A DNA stretch of 64,000 bases from Spironucleus salmonicida (GCF_000497125.1 NC_090596.1:1364001-1428000), one strand, 5' to 3'; counted from the stretch's first letter, positions 14,801-29,208 are shown. Program-made: numbers and translations. Notes: generated by a model from the sequence alone, not told the origin.

Positions 14801-15579
14801 ATTTATAATTTGCTAATTTATAAAATATAGACGGGGAAGAATATCAGTCGAATATTTAACTCTTAACTAGCAGTGTTTCTGCGAGTATTGGAAATAGCCT
14901 ACTTAGTGGACAATATTAGTTTTCTTAGGATATATTACTATAAATTATATTTTTGTTAAATATCACTAATTTCTGCTGTAATGTTGATATTCAATCACAT
15001 CCTTTGTATTATGCTGTTTTGAAACCGTTTGATAATAGTTTGCTAAGTTTCATTGCTCCAGATGAATATGTTAAGTTATTATTGAATAGAATTAGTCAAT
15101 TAAGAGATAAAGTATCGCTTTCTGGGTCTGATAACTCGTAAGAAATCGACTTTTTCTATTTCATTAGTTAAATTTAATAAGCATTAAATTAAGATAAAAT
15201 ATCAGATACAGATCTTTTATTATTGCAAAATCTATATGATACAGTGTTAAAATAACATATTGAATTTAATTCCTCCGATAAGTTATTCTCTTGTAACAAA
15301 GACCTTCTCGGAATTTCCTGTTTATTAATTAATAAACTATTCTCTCAATCTGATAAATCAATATTTATCACAACCCTTCATGGATTATTAACAGAGAAAG
15401 TTTTAAGCTATATTTATTTGAATTTTTACGGAACAAAGCAGAATTAGCTTAAAATTAACATTAATGTAGCTAGAAGTGTTATTCAAATCGATAATGAAAT
15501 ATATGAAGTTTTCTAAAATAGTGATAATTTGATGAAGAGAATCTCATTGTAGCTTGCCAGAATTCATAATGAAGAGTGA
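11830..15579 (+). CDS. Large hypothetical helical protein, about 1249 aa
   Basis: ATG at 11830 (MKFQELSPSSLSSKLIELLKK) in frame with GAG TGA at 15579; track fragment 14953-15141 is in the same frame. Not every codon was checked. Confidence 0.7.
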
Positions 15580-15602
15580 CAATTACAGTATTACAAATAG
15601 TA

Positions 15603-16337
15603 TCACATCATTCCAACAGTAGACATTTTTTGCTTTACTTATGATCTTAAACTTAAAAGGTATTTCTTTTTCTATAAATTTTCAGTCTTCAATTTTGACT
15701 AAATTTCCTAATTCCTCTCGAATTTCTAATTTTCCTATTAAATTTAAAGGTTGATTTACTCTATTTTAAGATATTATTCTGTACGATATTCAATAGCTTG
15801 GTGGTTATTACGCTTTTCTTCTTCTACATCTATAGAAAGTTGTTTCAGATTTGCTTATAGTTCTTCTATATCTGCATATGATCGAGATACGTCAGCAAGA
15901 TTCATTTTATAAACTTAAATAGATTTCTCTAAACTTGCCATTAAATCAGATGTTTATTATTATTCTTTAGCCTATAATAATAAAAGATAATCTTCTACCT
16001 TTTTCGTCTCACTATAAAAATCAATGACAGGATTTAACTATTACTAATTATTTTAGCCAAGTAGTTTAGTGAGAAATTTCTCTTTCTAAAAATAATTCTC
16101 AAGCTTATTTAAAAGTTCTTTAGTTGCAAGTTGTTCTATCACGAATGTATCATTATCTGTTGGTGGTATTAAGTCGATTTATTTAGAGTTCTAAATTTTA
16201 TATGAAATATTTTACAAAGATAAAATACTCTATTTCATAAAATCATTAGTTTAATGTTCTGATATCAGTTATTATGATAAATAACTTTACTATGCTGTTT
16301 CAGTAAAACATTATGGACAATCTAACTATTTCGACAT
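15603..16337 (-). CDS. Hypothetical coiled-coil protein, 244 aa
   Basis: MSKQLDCPQCFTE...MSTVGMM*; Q/E/K-rich. Confidence 0.65.
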
Positions 16338-16475
16338 TTTATAAAATCTAAGTATAAGTATCTATAACATATTTTATATATCAAAATGAGGCAGTTTTAT
16401 CTAAATGTGAAAATTCCTAGAATTGATCCCTAAATTAGTTTAAGTTTAGATTCAAATTATATACCCTAACTATCT

Positions 16476-17486
16476 ATGGATATAAACGAGCCTAATTTTT
16501 CTGAATCACTATAGTTTGTTCTTAATGAGCTAAAATCAGACCCTATTCGGATAGCCTCAGCTGAAAACATTTAAGATTTAGTGTACAACTCACTTCTAGT
16601 ATATTATGATTCATTAAATTATAACAATGAGGTAGCATTTTCAATATTATCTTCTTTAGCTTATTATAGACCAGAAATCTTACTAAATTTTAAGCTCCAC
16701 AAAATCTATTAATTAGATCTTTCAAGAATGCTATGTAATCTAAAAAATACACTGGAATAAGCATATATTATTCTGTAAGTAGATCTTTCGACTTTAAGGT
16801 AGGATATAAGTTTCTATGAAATCCTTTATCAAATTTCATTGAATCAACACGTAATTGTTGATTATTAGGCAGATCTTTTCAAATTTGCCACTAACTTTTA
16901 AAATAATACTGAAGAAATTGTAAATTATTAGTTACTAATTCTCTAATAGCTTTTGTAATTCTCTACTCCTCTAAACGAATTTTTTATTTTTGATTTCACA
17001 CCATTATAAAACTTTCTTAAGACAGACTTATCTTATAACACATTGCAGTGTATTTTTGGTTTATAAACCCTAGGGATAAATCTTTAAATAGATGTTGTAT
17101 AATTACTTTCTCCATACCACTCACCACGTGTTGTTGAGCTTTGCTTATACATTATATTATATAGTTAAGAACCGTCTAAGACTGAAATATAACTTTCTTT
17201 ATAGTTTCTTACTAGTAAACATGGAAATCTTAGAAATATTGCTGCATTAATAGCAGAAAACTATGGAGGGGAATGCTAGCGTTTAGTTAAAAATCTCAAG
17301 CTAACAAACGAAAGTAATGATGATAGATATATTAAGGCCGTCTTAAAGGCTATCATCAATTAAATTGAAACCGATTTAGATGAATTTATATTTTTAGGGC
17401 TTAAAGAAGTTTTATTAGATCTTAAAGATAATTTTGGAATAGGTGTGGGTGCATTATGTGATGATTTACTAGAAGTTCTAGTATGA
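16476..17486 (+). CDS. Hypothetical ARM/HEAT-like helical protein, 336 aa
   Basis: MDINEPNFSESLQFVLNELKSD...LCDDLLEVLV*; amphipathic helical pattern. Fold inferred. Confidence 0.6.
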
Positions 17487-17981
17487 AAATATTAGATTAG
17501 ATCAGGATCAAATCAATAGAACCATCTCTAATATATTATATGAAAGATCCATATCAAGATTATAGTGAAATATAACGTACATTATTCTATAAAAAGTATG
17601 GGCTTTTATAATTTCGATTTTAATTATAGTTCTAATACATTATTATAGTACTATAAGCTCATTTATAGCTACTATAAATGGTTTCTGTTGTATCAACAGT
17701 AAAAATTATTTATCTTATGATACAGTAATTACCGATAATTATGAATAAGTAACGTTATTTTTAAATCGAATGTTATAAAACTACCTAATCAATTGAAACT
17801 CTGTTATAATCTTAAATTAAAACCTAATATATTATAAGAAAACATTAATATTTATAAAATATTTATATATCTGCAATTATTAGATACTTTATTTATCACT
17901 TATGATATCTATAATAGTACTTAAAAAAACAGCCATCAATATGTGTAACATAGATGATTAGAAATAAAAAATTAAGAAATA

Positions 17982-20606
17982 TCACTCTTGCTCATTATTG
18001 AAGTTATTATCCCAATTATTACTACCCCACTCATCCTAATTTTCATTATTGTCAGGTACTGACAATGCAACAGCTGAATATTATTAATCTGCAGAGTCTT
18101 ATTGAGTATTATCTATAGATATAGGAGGTTCTGGTAATATTATTTAACTTGAAACTTATACAGGAACTGCAGTCTATGGTATGATTGTTGGTATGAGAGA
18201 CGGAGCAACTAGTTTCTATGTTTATTCAGTTTGCGCCTTTTTCTTTATAGTAAACTTTACTTTCTTAGTGGATACACCCCAATCATCATCGTCATCATCT
18301 GCGACTTCCATTTTCATTCCTTATGTTTAAACCGCTGCAATAGGTTCCTACTATATCTCTAACTATTTTGCTTTATACTGATACTAATTTTATGGTAAAT
18401 CTATTGAGGTGTAAATAGTCCTAATTAAAAGTTTTTCAAATTTTGCAAAATAAATCAATGCTTCAGGAGTAAATTTGAGCATGAAAAATAATTCTTTTTT
18501 AGGTAAAACAAATTTTTAGTTGTGTTTTGTTTCTTTTTATGTTTAAATTTTACCACTAATTGGATTTAGTCCAAAAAGCTCATAAAATGCAATAAAAAAT
18601 GCCTTTAAAAATTACTATTACGAGTTTGATACGTCAATTGTCGATATATCTATAACTTTTATTTTAAATGCAACTTACTGTAAAAACTTCTTCTGCTTTT
18701 TAGAATTTAACTTAAATTATCCATAAAAAGTATTTAAAATATTTGGAAGTTGGTATCCATAAGCTAAAGATAAAAATATTCCTAATTTAAACTCTTTATT
18801 TATAAGCAAAGTCGATATAAGAGTAGGTAAAAACATTTAAGTTGGCTCAATTTAATGTGTTGGTATCTCATCAAATCCAGATGGTGGTTTTGTTTATAAA
18901 ATAAATTACATTTATTTGAAAATTAAAACCTTTTAAAAATCTGATGAACGATTAAACGCAGAATAAACTGATTTAATAATAATATCATTGGTTATTTTCT
19001 TAATACCACTAATATACTAAATAAGTAAATCTACTGGAATGAATGGTAAAATTTATGATATAAGTTCTTATTTTAATTCATCTGTAATAACAGATTTCAA
19101 TATTAAATAGTAAATATGTCTGGTAATCTCATAATTTTAAATAAACTCTAGGAAAGATAAATCTACTGTTTTATTTTGTAATAATAAGTCAATTTAATAA
19201 AACGCCTAAAGTAAAATAGATCTAACTTCTCGCATCTGATGTAAGGAACATAAAAATATTTTTTCTTTTATAACTAAAATAATTTCATTATTAGCTACTT
19301 CAAGTGGATCAAAGTATTATATATTATTGTTAAATACATATAATTTAGTAATTGAAACTGCCACATACATATTATTATTAACTATCGAGCTTGATATTAT
19401 TTAATCACCTTCAATTTTTTATATTAGCTCATAATTTTAATAGATATATGAAACATTATGTAAATAAGTTGCAACTACAATATCCTCATTGTTTAAATAA
19501 CATGAACTAATATCAGCATCATACTAATAAATAGGCTATTAGTTTTTAATTACTTAATACTAATTATAAATAATTAAATTATCTTTTATGTCGTCTAAAC
19601 ATGTGAAAATTTAAGTTTACGAAGCTAACTTTAATTATGTCTAAGAAATGTTCAATATAATTGATTCTTATTATTTAGTATCGAAAACAATCATATAGTA
19701 CTCATCCCTATATAGAAATTGCAATATAACTAAATTAAACGAGAACTAATGAATATCTACTAGTTAATCATAATCATATATATCTACTGCCTAAATAATT
19801 TTACTTATATTAAATTATTCGTCATTAATTGTTAGCTCTTATCCATTTAACTTATACGGATGAGGATTTATAGGCTAAATCTAAGATTATAAAGGTAAAG
19901 ATATGCCATAAATACTGTGCTTTTTGAAATACGCGGTTTAAGTATTATCTAAAATAAATTCATAGCTACAATATTTAACTTAATAATTACTGTCATTTTC
20001 TTGAATTATAAGCAATGAATCTGTTTCTTATAGATCTCCAGTATATGATTTCCCATTAAAGCAAACAAGACAATCGTTAAAGGAAATAACATGTGAGCTA
20101 GGAAAATTAATCTCTTGCTATAATGTTATTTTATCATTTTCTAATTTAATTTTAATCGCTTTTTCATTTTATACGGCAAAAATCAAGTTTTCAATAGAAG
20201 CTACAGATTTGAAAACCAAATTTTTTTCTGACATATGGTTAAATGTATTCTTGACCTGATTATATAATAGAGTTCCTGATGATGATGAAACAATGAAATT
20301 AAGCTACCCTTAAAATAAAAAGAAAATAACTGTAGGAGAAGTCGCACTTTTCAGTTTTAAATTAATATTTTAGAGAAAAGAACCAAGTAATGAACTTTTC
20401 CTGCAAAATAAAAATCCATTGGACTAATATATAGTCACAATTATCTAGTTAAAAATACAAGAGTCGATAATAGTACCAGGGATACTCACTATGGTAGAAA
20501 GTTCTGGATTATTGAAGTTCTATAAACTAAGGGACTTTTTTTAAGAAAATATACCAATATTCTCTATAGGATCAAAAGCATTGCATGCAAATTTGGAAAA
20601 AATCAT
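17982..20606 (-). CDS. Hypothetical protein, 874 aa, with an acidic Trp-containing C-terminal tail
   Basis: MIFSKFACNAFDPIENIG... ends ...DDDDDDWGVSTKK...DEWGSNNWDNNFNNEQE*. Confidence 0.65.
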
Positions 20607-20684
20607 TTTCTATGAAGTGGGATTAGAGTATACTAGAATAATTTTATAATATCTATCTATATTATTTATTCCGCTCCACAAACT

Positions 20685-21068
20685 ATGGATGAAAATATAC
20701 ATAGCTAGCCATTAACTATATGGTCAGAACGGCGATCGTCTATTAGAAGTGGTCATAAGGAGAAGGATGGATTGTAGAAACTTAACAGCTAATCATTTAT
20801 AAGAAAAACTACCGAATTTTTTGAAACTAGAGAAACAGCAAACGCTTTACCAAGTTTAGAAGACCTATCTGATGATACAAAAAATTAAAAATTATCTCCT
20901 GTGGAATTATTATATGGGAAATTAGAACTATCAAGAGATTAGCTTATTATACTTATTAAACAAGTGAATAAGTAGTTAGAAGTTTAATAAAGAAACTACT
21001 AACAAGTTGAGAGTATGGTAGTTATTAATAATAAATAGGTAAAAATCTTGCGGAAGAGAGTTATATGA
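20685..21068 (+). CDS. Hypothetical protein, 127 aa
   Basis: MDENIHSQPLTIWSERRSS...KILRKRVI*. Confidence 0.55.
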
Positions 21069-21382
21069 CCCTTTACTAAAACCTTTTTTCTTAGCGAAAA
21101 AACACTGTGAATACATTAATTTATATTACTATTGTATTTTATTAAAAAATTACTTTTAATTAATTATATTAGTATAGAACAACTTCAACATCTATTCTCC
21201 CCAGAGAAGGCGCAGAAACTAACAAAATATAATATAAATTCTTTAATAATTCATCATTTTAATTAATTCAATCCAAAATTTTACCAATTTTTGTATTACT
21301 AAGTTATGATGTATAAAATACCAATAATTGCTGTATGTAACTACAACACAACATTTTCAAAAATGTATGAAACCACAACTTT

Positions 21383-21952
21383 TCAATTCTGCTCCTATAT
21401 CTTCTCAAGCTCGTCCTAAATTCCCTGAATCTCCTATCCAGCTAGCAAAATTTCGCCTTCCATCTTCTCCCGTATGTTGTATACCTGTTTTAAAATTGCT
21501 TCTCTTGAAACTACTTTAGCACTTCGGCGTGCTCTTTTCCAGTCCATATTTGCCTCGTAAAGTTCTCCTTCTTATGCATAAAGATTGTCTTGAATTCGCT
21601 TATTCACATTTTGCAGTACTAATAGTTCCTCTTTTAAAGGTGTTAAAATCGCATCTGCGACAGCAAAACGAATTTTTTCCTCAACTGCTTAATTTCGCTT
21701 TTCACGTTTTGCATTCGCTGAAATTAAATGATCCAAGCGTTGCTAGATATCAAAATTGCTGTTTCTGAGCATTTTCAGCGTGTTTGAGAGATCTGCACGG
21801 AACACAAACGGCGCCGATGAAAATATCATCTAGTCATTGATTTTATGAGTTAGATTCTGCTGGTTTTAACGAATCTGGAGGAGGTTGGAGTGGTCGGCAG
21901 AGCGTGATAGTATTTCTTTCGTCATAATACGATATTTTTCCATCAGTGACAT
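21383..21952 (-). CDS. Hypothetical coiled-coil protein, 189 aa
   Basis: MSLMEKYRIMTKE...ELEKIQEQN*. Confidence 0.65.
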
Positions 21953-22111
21953 TTATGGGTAAAAATATGCGGGTGGAAAAGTAAAGTTTATATAAATACA
22001 TAATAATATAAATTAAAGCAAAACGTATTTTTTAACGTTTATGGTTTTTAAACTATGAAAACTATGGTTAGGGCTAGATATATATAAATAAAATATATCA
22101 AAAACTTCATA

Positions 22112-23677
22112 ATGAGGACTCCAATAGTACTGATCCATGGAATATTTGGAACAGTATTAAAATCAGATAGTAGAGTTGTGTGGCCAGTGAAAAAGGTCAG
22201 TTAAGTTATGTAACTGAAAGACAACGTGTTATCATTTTTAGCTGGTAGAACCAATTAAGATACATTTAGGTATGAATCTTGGACTGGTAATCAGTATTAG
22301 GCAGATACTTAATTGTAAGCAGTCGATAAACTCGTTAAATCTCCATTATTAAACGCTCTAGGTATCAATCTTATCGATTGTTTTGATTTATTAATTGATA
22401 AATTAATAAAAATGGGATATGTTAAAAATTCTGATCTATAAGCTTATACTTATGATTTTTTACAATTACCATCATCAGATATCTAGATATCTATGTTAGT
22501 GTCGTTTTTGAAAACATTTAAAACTCCACCTATCATTATTGCCCATTCAATGGGTGCTCTTTAAACTAAATTGCTTATTCAATCAAAATCAGATCAAATA
22601 AATTCACTAATTTCTGGATTTATAGCAATTGGAGCTCCATTTGATGGAGCTACAGGCACAACATTACTTTTACCATTAATAGGTTATAATTTAGGAGCAA
22701 AGCTACTTGATGATAGTACTAGATATTTGTGGGGAAACAGTGGGATGAGTCTAGCTCTTATGCCAGGATCTGAACATGAAGGTGTTACATAATGTATTTA
22801 TGCAACATATGATGAAAGAATAAAAGATTTAGATTTAGAAGATTTTATGTTATGGAAACAAGTCAAGATTATTACAGACTCTAATGATATTATAATGTCA
22901 ATATTAAAATAAATTTTACGTCAACCTGAAAAAGTTTAATATCGTGTTTCATACTGGATTAATAGGTTTAAGCAATTTTTAAAACAAAAAATATAGATTC
23001 CTAAATTAACCAACTTTAAAAAAGAATCATATGTGTCGAAGATGAGTTCAGCCTCTGACTTTTTTAAACCTGAATATGATCTCGATTTAGAATCTGCAAA
23101 AAGCAATAGATTAGTTTAATTTACTTAGTTAAATCGTGTTTAAATAATACCAGAAAAAACTGAAATTAATAATTTTAAAAATATATCATAAATTAATGAT
23201 AACTCTTATAAATAATCATCATATGAGGCATATATTAACGAAAGACCAAATGGTTTAGAATGGATAGCAGATGAAACTAGATCGATTATTGATTTTTACA
23301 ATGATATTTATCCAAATAAATCTATAGAACAATTTGTTTTTGGAATTGTTGAACCTATGTTTAAATTTTAATAGACTTTTAGAAGATAGAACTTTAAAGT
23401 TGATAATAAATTCAAATTTTATTCAATATGCGGATCTGGCATAAAAACTCCATAATTGGTTTATTTTGATTCTGTCAAATATATTTCTGATCTTAGATTT
23501 AAATAAGGAAAAGTAGTGTATGGAGATGGTGACGGCAGTGTACTTTTGACAAGCTAATTGAATAATGGCCTAAAGAATTAAGGAACAATTTTTCCAAATG
23601 TTACACATTTGAATTTAATTCGTAATAAAGAATGTATCAATGATGTGACTAGAGTAGTAGATTTGTGGAATAAATGA
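22112..23677 (+). CDS. LCAT/phospholipase A-like alpha/beta hydrolase, 521 aa
   Basis: PIVLIHGIFGT lid region, AYTYDF, nucleophile elbow IIAHSMG, IGAPFDGA, GDGDGSV and C-terminal His (THLNLI). Confidence 0.88.
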
Positions 23678-23774
23678 CTCAATTATCCTAATATTTAAAG
23701 CATTACCATTACAAAAATATTCTAATTTTTAAATTTCTATACTATATATATTAAAGGCATATTCTTTTTTATAA

Positions 23775-24560
23775 ATGTCCAAATTGATGGATAGTGCATC
23801 TTGTGATTCTTGTTCGTAAAAATATAAAGAAAAACAAGAGACTGAAGATGAATTAGAACTTATTAAGCAATAATTGACTATTATCATGAAAGAAGTATTT
23901 ACCATTATTAATAAGACATAGAGTGCGTATTACTAAAAATAGTAATTTAGATCATAAACCGAAGATAAGCATTATTCATAGCATATAAATGAGGAACATC
24001 TAGATTCCGAAACAATAAATTCATTGCGCTAAGAACTAGCTATTTATATTAATAATGTTAATATACTTAAGTAATCGTTTGCAAATTTTAATATTTAAGA
24101 TGATATTTTATAATTTCTTAACGATTTTCCTTAAACTGCATTATCAATTCTAGAAGGTAGAAACTCTAGCAATGTCTAGAATCGTAGTCTTTAATCTCTG
24201 ATTGATGATAGAGTCTAGATAAACTTAGTTATTTCAAACTAGTAAGTTAGAAATTAAACATAGATTGATTTATTATTAAAGTAAATTTAGGCCTAAAAAT
24301 AATCACTTATCACATTATAACTGGAAATAGAGTAGTAGCTAAGTGATTAATCTTAATTAAACAGTGTGAATGATGTCAAAGCACGCTAAGATGAATTTTT
24401 AGATGTTAAATAGTAAAATGAAGCAATATTAGAATAAATAAAGTAATTAGCAGCTTCAAATAATGCTTTGGATAGCAATATTGACCTGGTATATTAGTAA
24501 TTACAAAGACTGACCTCAAACGAAAAAGTTTAGATATTAGTTAAGTCTATTCATTAATGA
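23775..24560 (+). CDS. Hypothetical coiled-coil protein, 261 aa
   Basis: MSKLMDSASCDSC...KSIHQ*; Gln-rich heptads. Confidence 0.65.
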
Positions 24561-26287
24561 TTTAAATTTAATTCATTTTCAGTCAGATTTAGCTTGTCAT
24601 AAACCCAAAGTTTTCTATAGACCTAGAAATTTAACTTTGTGGATAAGTTAGCAATATTTAATACAATTTATCTTTCAGTCTCTTACCTTTTAACCTAACT
24701 ATTGAACGAGTCAATATAAAGATTATAAAACAATATATCCAATTAGAAATAGAAAATATTTGGAGATATATCATTTTTAATCTAACAAAAAGCATCAGCA
24801 AACTTACATGATTAGGAATAACCATAGAACTATGCTTTTTAATACTCAAAATTAATAAAAATTGTGACTGTTTTGGGATTTTTAGGTAACTAAATTGATG
24901 AACTTAATATAAACTATGGCTCCGATTCCGTAAAATGACAATGTATCCTAGTTTTTGATGGAATAAAATAAGAAAACACATCTCCAAATTTATCCAAAAA
25001 TGATTTTGAATCAGAACAAACAATGAGTGAAACACCAATTAAGCAACATGTAATTAATGGCTTTAAAATTTTTGGAGAAAGTAATTATTTAATTAATAAT
25101 AATTTTAGTAATAATTATGTGTCATTATTTTATACTTTAAATTGATTAATATAGGGAAACAATTAACATAGCTATAAATTATTAAATAACTTAGAGTCTA
25201 ATGGATACTTAACTAAAATTTAATCATTTTAAAAAAGCATATTTTCCTAGTTCGATGAATAATTCTCAAAATTAATATATTATAACTGATAATTTAAACT
25301 TTGCTTATAATTTTATATATTGATGTTATAATTAATTAAAAACTCTTAATCTAAAATTTCTTTTTAATACGCAAAATCACCAAAATAAATTATATTTTAA
25401 TTATCATTAACTGTAGATTAACTATAGTTCTGAATATTTTTATCACAATCCTCTAATAAAAATATTGGCTATGCATAAAACTTGTAAATAATACTTAGCT
25501 GAAACTCAAGAAAATTCAAAAACTCTTTTTCTATAATCTCAAATAGAGATCTTTAAGCAAATAAAGATTATGGATCTAAAATTGCATCCACACCATCTTA
25601 CAATCTCTAGTAAATGCTACTATTTTTATCCCTACTAATATTGATGGTATAAAAAATATTATCAGATAGTATGTTTCTAACGAACAAGTCATCCGAAAAC
25701 TATAATAAAACTGGAATTTTATTCATAAATAATCCTAAGTGATTACGATATATTCCTATTGCCTTATTTTATATTTATTACACACATCCTTATGTTTAAC
25801 TACACTTTTTTAAATACTCCATTAGGTAAAAAAAATAATCAAAAGCATTTTATCGATAATAATGCACTGATAAAAATTTGCAAGCTAAATTAAGCTAAAT
25901 TAAACTAAAGCTTATACTGTCGCCATACCGTAAAAGTTTATCATAATTCTTTGTGACATACAATAGACAAATTGGTTTAGATAATTATTTACTCATAAAA
26001 TCAGGAAGATAAGTAACTGCATAACAACAATGCACATTTTCGTTGTAAGATAATGTAGTAAATAATGTATAATCGTCTTGTTATAAATTAAGCAGCAGCT
26101 CTTACTCTATCACAGACGATGAACAATGAATAATTCCTTTAATATCTTTTCGAATTGTATTCATAAATTAGATCTCGTCCAGATTATCAAAAACAAACTT
26201 TTATGGATAAAAGCTTATGAAATTTACTTAGTTTGTGAAATCTAGCTCTGCAAAAAGCAACAAATCTTACTCATAATTTAATTCCAT
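24551..26287 (-). CDS. Putative folliculin/SMCR8-type longin-DENN protein, 578 aa
   Basis: Frame read through with no TGA. CYAVTYLPDFMSKQLSKPICLLYVTKNYDKLL resembles the FLCN/SMCR8 longin segment; LITCCLIGVSLIV resembles a DENN core strand. An alternative in-frame ATG lies at 26359. Confidence 0.5.
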
Positions 26288-26334
26288 TAAAAACTAGTTC
26301 TACCTATATATAATATGTGAATACCTAGTTGAAA

Positions 26335-27108
26335 ATGGCTCTATAAATTTAGTAAGCATAAAATGCTGTTGTTATTGATATTGGTTCTAATTCAATCAAA
26401 ATTGGATATGCTGCAGATCCTTGTCCTTAAATATATCCATCCAGCTTTGTTTAGGATACGCTTCCAACGAACCCAGAAAACTTGGCCGAGCATATTATTT
26501 AAAAACTACCCCCCGACTCTTCTTCTTTACCACTCATTTTTATTATTCCAAAGTACATACAAACGCAAGCACTTGCTCGATTTTTACCGCTATTTTTTAC
26601 TCATTCGAGATAAATTTTCCTTTATCCCACCCATTTAGCTCTGCTTTGGTCATCAAATAGAACAACTTGTGTTATTGCAGATTTTGGTCACAGATCAACA
26701 CGAATCTACTCATCTATCGATGGGTAGGTTCGTAAAATGCAAAAATTAGACTATTTTCCTCAACATTAAATAAGCGACGGTGGGCCAGAATTACCTGGAT
26801 ACTCCAAATATCCAGATATTCCTATCACTGTTATTGATGTTATTAAAGCACAGATTGTAAATTTGAGGAGTTATTAAAAGAATATTGACGTTATTATTAC
26901 TGGAGGAGGAAGTTTGACTACAGGATTTGATTTTAGGATTTCGGCACTGTTACCAGGTGTTCGGATCGTAGCTGGAAGAGAAAGGTGTTGCCACGCATGG
27001 TTAGGAGGAGCTGTAGGAGTAGGATGCCAATTTTAAGGGCAGTAAGGTATTAATTAGGATAATTTTTAAGAGACTATTGAAAGGGGTTAGATTTGGAGTG
27101 AGTGGTGA
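26335..27108 (+). CDS. Short divergent actin-related protein, 257 aa
   Basis: Actin-fold motifs VVIDIGSNSIKIGYA, VIADFGH, VIITGGGSLTTGF and HAWLGGAV. Confidence 0.8.
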
Positions 27109-27115
27109 AACTAGC

Positions 27116-27658
27116 TCATTTTTTATATAATTTATACCATTTACGTTATTATGCTAGTAAAACATATAATGCATTATCATATATTGATTATACTCTGTTT
27201 TCTAGATCTCTGACTACTTCAGTTATATGCTTAATGTCAAACCTGCTCTCTAAAAAATTTTCTAAAATCTAGGCATAAACTTATTCCTTGCCTGTAATTA
27301 TGATTTCCTCCTCTTCAGTCTCAATATATTCGTCTGAATAGTATTCACCAGAGTCAGAATTAATAATCCTCGATAATTAATCTCTGTAAGAGATAGTTAT
27401 ATTTGAATCGTCTAATTCTGTTACAACTGAAATTTATGAATCTAACATCATTCTTGTATTATTTGTTTAACTCTGCTCATTCTATATTTTCTCTAAGTCA
27501 GCTTTTATATCTTATTTATTTAATATTGGTAAGGCATCTTTCGGCGAGTGTGAATAGTTTTTAATAGAAATTTTCTGGTGTTCTCTCTTCTGTAGAATAG
27601 TTTTTACTTTTGGTCGCTGCGAAGCTGTTGATACACTAGAATATTCATCTGACGACAT
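27116..27658 (-). CDS. Hypothetical protein, 180 aa
   Basis: MSSDEYSSVSTASQRPK...KWYKLYKK*. Confidence 0.6.
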
Positions 27659-27960
27659 GTTTTTGACAAATACGTATTTATTTATATATTATTTGATAAA
27701 ATATTGAATAGATTTTTATAAATTTCACTGTAGAAAAAGGACTTATATGATTAAAATTCCAATATAATATATTATTTTTCATTCTCATTTATAAATATTA
27801 TTATTTACTTAATAATTATCAATTTAATCAAGAAATTATTTTTAAAATGCCATAAGTTAAAGAAAGTACAATAATATCAGTAATAATAAATTAATTATGA
27901 GTACATTTTATTATTCTACTGGTCAAAAAGAATAGTGTGTATATATCAAATAGAATTGAA

Positions 27961-29208
27961 TCATTCTAAAAACTTCAACCATACACATTCATTAATATTG
28001 GAATCATCGCCATAAACAAGTTAAATACGTTCGGAAAGATCTTTTATACCCAGGTCTTATAGCAAACTAAAAATTTCATTATCATTCTCACAAATAGTTA
28101 ACAAAAGCTCAATACCATTAACAACAACAATTTTTCGTTTATTTCGTAATCCGCTATCAATTGTCTTCAATACAAGTTAATAATCATCATATTCTAGATA
28201 ATAATCAAAGTTCTTTATAAGTTCCCTCAAAAACTATAATACTAGACCATTGATATCCTTAGAATTTATTTTTAATAATTATATAATTTTATCCTTTGGT
28301 GTAGTGAATAATGTTTAAAAAATTTAATTTTAAGTAAAATTAATCAGTATCTAAAGTGTTAATTTTTTAATATCAGCTTTTTATTGTAGTAATAATTGTT
28401 GTAATTTAGTAACTAATGATGCAAAAAGTAGTTGTTAAGGTTGTTTCTGAGTATGAACTTCTATGATTTATAGGGTTTCTAATGGAAAATCATCAATTTA
28501 TTACGTAAGACTTTATGCTAAACTATTTAAATTGATTTCAAACTATGAAATATATAAAAGTAAAAAATTTAAAGAACTGCATGTTAAAAACTAATCTTTA
28601 AATTATTTTATATTTGCGATTATTAAGTCAATCAATTTTGTCTTAAGTTCAGTTGTGATTCGATCATAGTAAAAATTTACAAACTCAATGGCACAATATT
28701 AAGATTATAGATGAGGTTATTATATTTTATTATAAATTAGTAGCTAAAACTCATTAGACTCTAAATAATTAAATTATGAAGGGTTAAAAATTTTTCTAAA
28801 AATTTTAATAGATGGTACGAAGAAATGGTCAAAAAACAGTATAATTTAAGACTATAACTAATTAGTTACAAGTTATTTTCTAAATGACGTGTCTAACACG
28901 TTGTTAATAAAAATAAGAGCATCATCAATACTTTGAGTATTTACCAGTAAATAAAACTACAGTATAAAAGATTAAATGTATTCTATAAATATAGGATTCT
29001 AAGATAAGTTTTGTTAAATTAAATTAGGTGAAAACTGTTTCAAAAATGATAACGACTATGACAATTTTTACATATCTGTATACTATAAATTTATAATGAA
29101 ACTCGCGAAATTAAGCTATCTATATCTGACATATGGAATTGAAATAAGTTAGTCCATAGTGTAAGTCTGATATATTTGAGGCTTTCTATTTAATGAAATA
29201 GATCTCAT
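27961..29208 (-). CDS. Hypothetical ARM-repeat-like protein, 415 aa
   Basis: MRSISLNRKPQ...ECVWLKFLE*; helical-repeat character inferred. Confidence 0.55.
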
